Below are positions 27,421 through 32,000 of a stretch of DNA of 32,000 nt, piece after piece. The stretch comes from an uncultured Candidatus Saccharibacteria bacterium. Its GTDB lineage: Bacteria; Patescibacteriota; UBA1384; XYA2-FULL-43-10; 1-14-0-10-43-13. Under the pieces are notes generated by a model, which had not been told where the DNA came from, searched no databases, and saw nothing but the letters and a program-made list of their open reading frames with translations. Position 1 is the first letter of the stretch. Each line of letters opens with the position of its first letter. Location: assembly GCA_964543385.1 (NCBI GenBank), contig CAZIYE010000001.1:600001-632000 (forward strand). The letters are read 5' to 3'. A program made the translations under genes and the position numbers.

Positions 27421-28557
27421 ATGAGGGAAGTTGACCATAAGGGTATTAGGACTTGGATTGAAGTCGATAAAAAATCATTAGAGGCAAATTATAAGGTTTT
27501 CAGAAATTTAATTGGCAAAGATTGTAAGCTAATGACGGTTGCCAAATCAAACGCATATGGTCATGGTTTTGTAGACTATGCTCATCATTTTGAAAATCTT
27601 GGCACGGATTGGATCGGAATCGACTCAATCGTCGAGGGCATGAAATTACGCAAAAATGGCATAAAAACTCCGATGTTGGTGCTTGGGTACACTCTACCCG
27701 AAGTTTTCGTCGAGGCTGCGGAAAACAATATCAGTATCACAGTCTCAAATTTTGAATGTCTAGAAAGTCTTGCAAGATTCGAAAGTGATCATAAACCGAA
27801 AGTGCATATAAAGGTTGATACTGGTATGCATCGCCAAGGTTTCTTCCTGGAGGAGATGGAAAAAGTATTAGAACTACTAAAGAGGAATAGCAGTATTAAA
27901 TTTGAGGGTCTATATACTCATTTTGCAGCTGCCAAAAACCCAGCCTTTCCTGGCGATACAAAGAAACAAATAGAAGAATTTGATAAAGTAATAAAAATTG
28001 TTCAAGAGGCTGGATTTAATCCAATCAAGCATGCCGCTGCTACATCTGGCACAATTATCTTCCCGGAATCTCGTTATGACATGGTAAGAATTGGTATAGG
28101 CTTGATGGGTCTATGGTCCTCTCCCGAGACCAGATCAGCTTTTGAAGATCATATCAGTCTATCACCAGCCTTATCTTGGAAAACGATAATTTCGGAGATA
28201 AAGTTAGTTAAAAAAGGTGAGAGAATCGGCTATGGTTTCACAGAGCTCTTAAGAAGAGACTCAAAAATAGCTATTTTACCTGTTGGTTACTGGCATGGCT
28301 TTAAGTGGTCATTATCGAGCATCGGACACGTGATTATCAGGGGGAAAAAGGCTCGCGTTTCAGGTAAGGTATCTATGGATATGATTACTATCGATATTAC
28401 CGATATTAAAGATGCAAAAGTCGGGGACGTTGTTACTCTAATCGGTAGCGATGGCAAATCAGAAATTGATGTCGATGAAATGGCTTTGTTATCTAGCTCA
28501 TATAACTATGAAGTTATTACCCAATTAAATCCATTGATGAAACGCATATATAAATAA
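27421..28557 (+). CDS. alr: Alanine racemase
   Basis: VAKSNAYGHG (PLP lysine motif), HIKVDTGMHRQGF, RIGIGLMG, GYGFTELL, SMDMITIDITD. Confidence 0.97.
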   Translation: MREVDHKGIRTWIEVDKKSLEANYKVFRNLIGKDCKLMTVAKSNAYGHGFVDYAHHFENLGTDWIGIDSIVEGMKLRKNGIKTPMLVLGYTLPEVFVEAAENNISITVSNFECLESLARFESDHKPKVHIKVDTGMHRQGFFLEEMEKVLELLKRNSSIKFEGLYTHFAAAKNPAFPGDTKKQIEEFDKVIKIVQEAGFNPIKHAAATSGTIIFPESRYDMVRIGIGLMGLWSSPETRSAFEDHISLSPALSWKTIISEIKLVKKGERIGYGFTELLRRDSKIAILPVGYWHGFKWSLSSIGHVIIRGKKARVSGKVSMDMITIDITDIKDAKVGDVVTLIGSDGKSEIDVDEMALLSSSYNYEVITQLNPLMKRIYK

Positions 28558-30287
28558 TGATTGATCAAGTCGCTGAAGTTAAAGAGAGGGTGGACATAAT
28601 AGAGATTATCTCTACCTATTTAACGTTGAAAAAAGCAGGTGCCAATTTCAAAGCAGCTTGTCCATTTCATAATGAAAAGACGCCATCCATGATGATCTCT
28701 CCAGAAAGACAAACTTTCAAATGTTTTGGTTGTGGCGAGGGGGGAGATGTTATTACATTTGTCGAAAAAATAGAGGGTCTCGACTTTTACAATGCATTAA
28801 AACTTTTAGCTGAAAGAGCTGGTGTCGAATTAAAAACCCAATCAGTAAAGTTTGGCAATAAGGAGTATAAGGCTGATAAAAAAACTAGAACATTCGAAAT
28901 AAATGAATGGGCTAAAAAAGTCTATCATTATATTTTATTGAGTGATAAAAATGCTGAAAATGCTCGAAAATATCTTGAGAAAAGGGGATTAACACTAGAA
29001 ACAATCAAGAATTTTGAGATCGGTTATGCTCCTGATTCATGGGATTTTACTATCAAATATCTGAACAAAAAGGGATATACAGATGAGGAGATATTGGAAG
29101 CTGGCATCGCCACCAAGAGTGAGAGAGGCAAAATATTTGACCGTTTTCGAGGACGGATTATGTTCCCTATCAATAATATAATGGGAAATACAATCGCGTT
29201 CACTTCTAGAGTTTTAAGTGACGACGGCAAGCAGGCAAAATATATTAACTCTGCCGAGTCCTCAATCTATGTAAAAGGTAAGACTATATATGGTCTTGAT
29301 AAAGCCAAATTGGCAATCAGGGAAAAGGACTTAGCTATTATGGTTGAAGGCAATATGGATGTAATATCTTGTCATCAGGCCAATTTCAATAATGTTGTCG
29401 CTACTTCTGGTACGGCATTGACGATCGATCAATTAAAGATACTATCAAGATACGCCGGAGAGATCGCCTTTTGTTTTGATAGCGATAATGCAGGCCAGAC
29501 TGCAATGAAACGAGCTATTCGGATGGCAATGCAAAATGATGTTGCGATAAAGATTATCTCGACTGTTCCTTACAAGGATGCTGATGAAGCGATAAAGGTT
29601 GATCCGAAAAATTGGGAAAAGGCAGTCAAAAGTGCTCGTCCGGCTTTAGAATATTGGATTGACGCTCTTGCCGGTGTCAATCCAGCGTTAGAGGTGAACG
29701 ATAAGAAAAAAATTGCCAAGGAGATCTTGCCGATAATTAAAATAATTTTTTCTGATATCGAGAAAGAGCACTATATCAAATACCTGGCAGATAAATTGGC
29801 CACATCCGAGAGTTCCTTAATTGACGCGTTAGATAAATCAAAGCGCGATTCGGAATTTACTAAATTAGATAAGTCTGTAATCCCCGACAAAGAGGGATTG
29901 AGCATTCCTGAAAGGATCCTTGGGTTTTTGTGGGCAGAGCCAAGTTTATTGGATAAAGTTACAAATCAACTAGAGAATATTGCGATTGATGACAAATATG
30001 CTCCATTGTTGGAGATGGTAAAAAGTGGCAATATTGACCGCGACAAGATAAAACCGGAGTTTTCATCCGTGTATGATCAGCTCTCTCTTCAGGTAATTGC
30101 CGATATAGATCCATCCGCTGATCTTGCGATACAAGAAGAGCTATTATATTTATTGGGGAGGCAAAAATCAGAGAAAAAGGAAAACATCAAAGAAGAGTTC
30201 GCTAGGAAAATCAAAGTAGCCGAACGTGCGGGAGACAAAGAGAAGTTAAGGGAGCTTCTAGTCGAGTTCTCTGCCTTGATAAAGTAG
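28557..30287 (+). CDS. dnaG: DNA primase DnaG
   Basis: CHC2-type zinc finger CPFHNEKTPSMMISPERQTFKCFGCGEGGDVITFVEK; Toprim region VEGNMDVISCHQANFNNVVATSGTALT, FCFDSDNAGQTAMKRA. Start overlaps the alr 3' end. Confidence 0.97.
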   Translation: MIDQVAEVKERVDIIEIISTYLTLKKAGANFKAACPFHNEKTPSMMISPERQTFKCFGCGEGGDVITFVEKIEGLDFYNALKLLAERAGVELKTQSVKFGNKEYKADKKTRTFEINEWAKKVYHYILLSDKNAENARKYLEKRGLTLETIKNFEIGYAPDSWDFTIKYLNKKGYTDEEILEAGIATKSERGKIFDRFRGRIMFPINNIMGNTIAFTSRVLSDDGKQAKYINSAESSIYVKGKTIYGLDKAKLAIREKDLAIMVEGNMDVISCHQANFNNVVATSGTALTIDQLKILSRYAGEIAFCFDSDNAGQTAMKRAIRMAMQNDVAIKIISTVPYKDADEAIKVDPKNWEKAVKSARPALEYWIDALAGVNPALEVNDKKKIAKEILPIIKIIFSDIEKEHYIKYLADKLATSESSLIDALDKSKRDSEFTKLDKSVIPDKEGLSIPERILGFLWAEPSLLDKVTNQLENIAIDDKYAPLLEMVKSGNIDRDKIKPEFSSVYDQLSLQVIADIDPSADLAIQEELLYLLGRQKSEKKENIKEEFARKIKVAERAGDKEKLRELLVEFSALIK

Positions 30288-30350
30288 CACTAAAATGGTA
30301 AAGTCAATACTAACTAATAAATAAGAGGGATACTGCGGATCTACGATCTG

Positions 30351-30419
30351 TTGTCATTCCGGACATGATCCGGAATCTTCAAGTTGTTGCTAGATCTTGA
30401 ATCAAGTTCAAGATGACAA
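30351..30419. repeat. Composite palindromic intergenic element upstream of rpoD
   Basis: Outer TTGTCAT (30351-30357)/ATGACAA (30413-30419); inner perfect hairpins ATTCCGGA-CATGA-TCCGGAAT (30356-30376) and ATCTTGAA-TCAAG-TTCAAGAT (30394-30414). Confidence 0.75.
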
Positions 30420-30453
30420 TGTTTTAGGTCGGAACCTGCGGTTTAGGAGTTTA

Positions 30454-31575
30454 ATGGCAAAAAAAATTTTTGTTCCCAAGAAGGAAGAAATTCTTACTTT
30501 TTCCGAGGCAGTTAATGATCTCTTAATGAAAGGCCGTGCTCACGGCTATATTTCTATGCAAGAGATGATCCAGGCAATATCAGAACCCGAAGAAAATGTC
30601 GAAGAGTTGGATATGATTTTCGATTACATGTACCGCAAGGGTATAGAGTTCAAAGAAGAAGTAGAAAAACCAAAAGGAATTTTAGCTTCTGTTATGCAAG
30701 CCAAGAAAGAAAAAGGTTTGTTGGAAGAGCTGGGTTTAGGGGATATTGCAGACGACTCGGTCCGAATGTATTTGCGTGAAATTGGCAAGATTAATCTCTT
30801 GACGAATGAAGAAGAAGTCAAGCTTGCAAAGAGAGTCGAAAGAGGAGACATCTGGGCTAAAAAAAGATTGGCTGAAGCAAATTTGCGCTTAGTAGTATCA
30901 ATTGCGAAAAAATATATTGGTAGAGGACTCTCTCTGCTTGATCTAATCCAAGAAGGGAATACTGGTTTGATGAGGGCGGTGGATAAATTTGACTATCGAA
31001 AAGGGTTTAAGTTTTCGACTTACGCTACCTGGTGGATCAGACAGGCTATTACTCGCGCTATTGCTGATCAAGCTAGAACAATTCGCATTCCTGTACACAT
31101 GATTGAAACTATTAATAAGCTCATTCGAGTTGAAAGACAGCTCGTCCAAGATCTTGGTCGTGAACCTACTCCGGAAGAAATCGCTCAGGAAATGGGTCTT
31201 GATGTAGATAAAGTTGAACATATTATAAAAATCTCTCAAGAAACAGTCTCACTAGAGGCACCGGTTGGCGAAGAAGAAGATTCTAGGCTTGGTGATTTCA
31301 TCGAGGATACTAAACATGTTTCACCTGAAGAGCAGACCTCTCAGACATTGTTAAAAGACAAAATTCAAGAATTCCTAAATGGCTTGCAGCCACGTGAGCA
31401 AAAAATATTGAAAATGCGTTTTGGCCTAGAAGACGGCAGAACTCACACTCTCGAAGAAGTAGGTCAAGAATTCGGAGTTACTCGTGAACGTATTCGACAA
31501 ATTGAGGCGAAAGCTTTGTCGAAATTAAAAAAAGCTGAACGTTCAGCTGATCTCGAAGAATATTTACAGGGGTAA
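30454..31575 (+). CDS. rpoD: RNA polymerase primary sigma factor (start reset to [10 protein letters not shown])
   Basis: [21 protein letters not shown] (1.2), [55 protein letters not shown] (2.3/2.4/3.0), [18 protein letters not shown] (4.2). Confidence 0.98.
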   Translation: MAKKIFVPKKEEILTFSEAVNDLLMKGRAHGYISMQEMIQAISEPEENVEELDMIFDYMYRKGIEFKEEVEKPKGILASVMQAKKEKGLLEELGLGDIADDSVRMYLREIGKINLLTNEEEVKLAKRVERGDIWAKKRLAEANLRLVVSIAKKYIGRGLSLLDLIQEGNTGLMRAVDKFDYRKGFKFSTYATWWIRQAITRAIADQARTIRIPVHMIETINKLIRVERQLVQDLGREPTPEEIAQEMGLDVDKVEHIIKISQETVSLEAPVGEEEDSRLGDFIEDTKHVSPEEQTSQTLLKDKIQEFLNGLQPREQKILKMRFGLEDGRTHTLEEVGQEFGVTRERIRQIEAKALSKLKKAERSADLEEYLQG

Positions 31576-31624
31576 TATAGAATATTATAAATTATAGCCA
31601 GAGAAATTAGGTTAATATCTTTTC

Positions 31625-32000
31625 ATGTCTATTAACGATATTAGGGGCAAAAAAGTTTTAATCACTGGCGGCACTACTGGTATCGGTCGTGCAACGGCTG
31701 TGTTGTTGGCAAAAAATGGCGCCGATGTATTTATATTTGGTCGTCATCAGAATTTTCTGGATGAAGCTCTTTTTGATATTAGAAGAATTGCAAAGAGAGA
31801 AGTATCCGGTATGGTTGCGGATGTGGCTGACCATGAATCGATAAAAAGAGTTTTTACAAATATAAAAGAACTCTGGGGCAAGATTGATGTTCTGGTAAAT
31901 AACGCTGCTCTTCCAGCCGAAAGCGTTAATAATTCTGATTACGAATATGTCCAATATGTAATCAAAGTAAATATTGCAGGATATCTTCTCTGCTCAAAAT
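31625..32000 (+). CDS. Short-chain dehydrogenase/reductase, 3' end outside the window
   Basis: MSINDIRGKKVLITGGTTGIGRATAVLLAKNGADVFIFGR (TGxxxGIG), VLVNNAALP (NNA motif). Confidence 0.9.
   Translation, partial: MSINDIRGKKVLITGGTTGIGRATAVLLAKNGADVFIFGRHQNFLDEALFDIRRIAKREVSGMVADVADHESIKRVFTNIKELWGKIDVLVNNAALPAESVNNSDYEYVQYVIKVNIAGYLLCSK

Noticed and set aside
30397-30453. 19-aa N-terminal extension of RpoD
   Set aside because: It runs through the palindromic repeat; the ATG at 30454 is preceded by AGGAG and starts [10 protein letters not shown].
31658-31954. Minus-strand 98-aa ORF
   Set aside because: Antisense to the SDR gene whose Rossmann motifs are explicit.

Overview
The window looks like chromosomal housekeeping and accessory DNA from a low-GC bacterium using the standard code. 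The compact, overlapping gene order would suit a Candidate Phyla Radiation (Patescibacteria)-like genome, but that assignment is inference. Left to right on the plus strand: 3' end of a type-4-like uracil-DNA glycosylase, RNase J, FtsK, a RodZ-like HTH/membrane protein, RecA, RecX, PEP synthase and a membrane-anchored protein of unknown function. A long minus-strand block (10.7-27.3 kb) carries small membrane proteins, three EamA transporters, two HD-domain proteins (one fused to a GNAT domain), MazG-like, CYTH, HAD and Nudix proteins, an MccF-like S66 carboxypeptidase, an alpha/beta hydrolase, a tandem double D-Ala-D-Ala-ligase-like protein, a histidine phosphatase, an ABC exporter, a second CYTH protein and tRNA-Ser(GGA). 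The plus strand resumes with Alr, DnaG, RpoD and the start of an SDR. No CRISPR array, transposase, or classical defence system is visible. The best leads are: (1) the two-in-one Ddl-like ATP-grasp protein with asymmetric active sites; (2) a mini-ORF (MEPFSFGG-TAG) with its own SD and putative promoter, in front of the MccF-like gene and followed by a Pro-rich/charged reading frame through an amber codon; (3) an unlisted 58-aa CxxC...CxxC mini-protein flanked by several hairpins; (4) a palindrome that forms mirror-image divergent promoters between tRNA-Ser and alr; (5) an HD-GNAT fusion; (6) a composite palindromic repeat upstream of rpoD.
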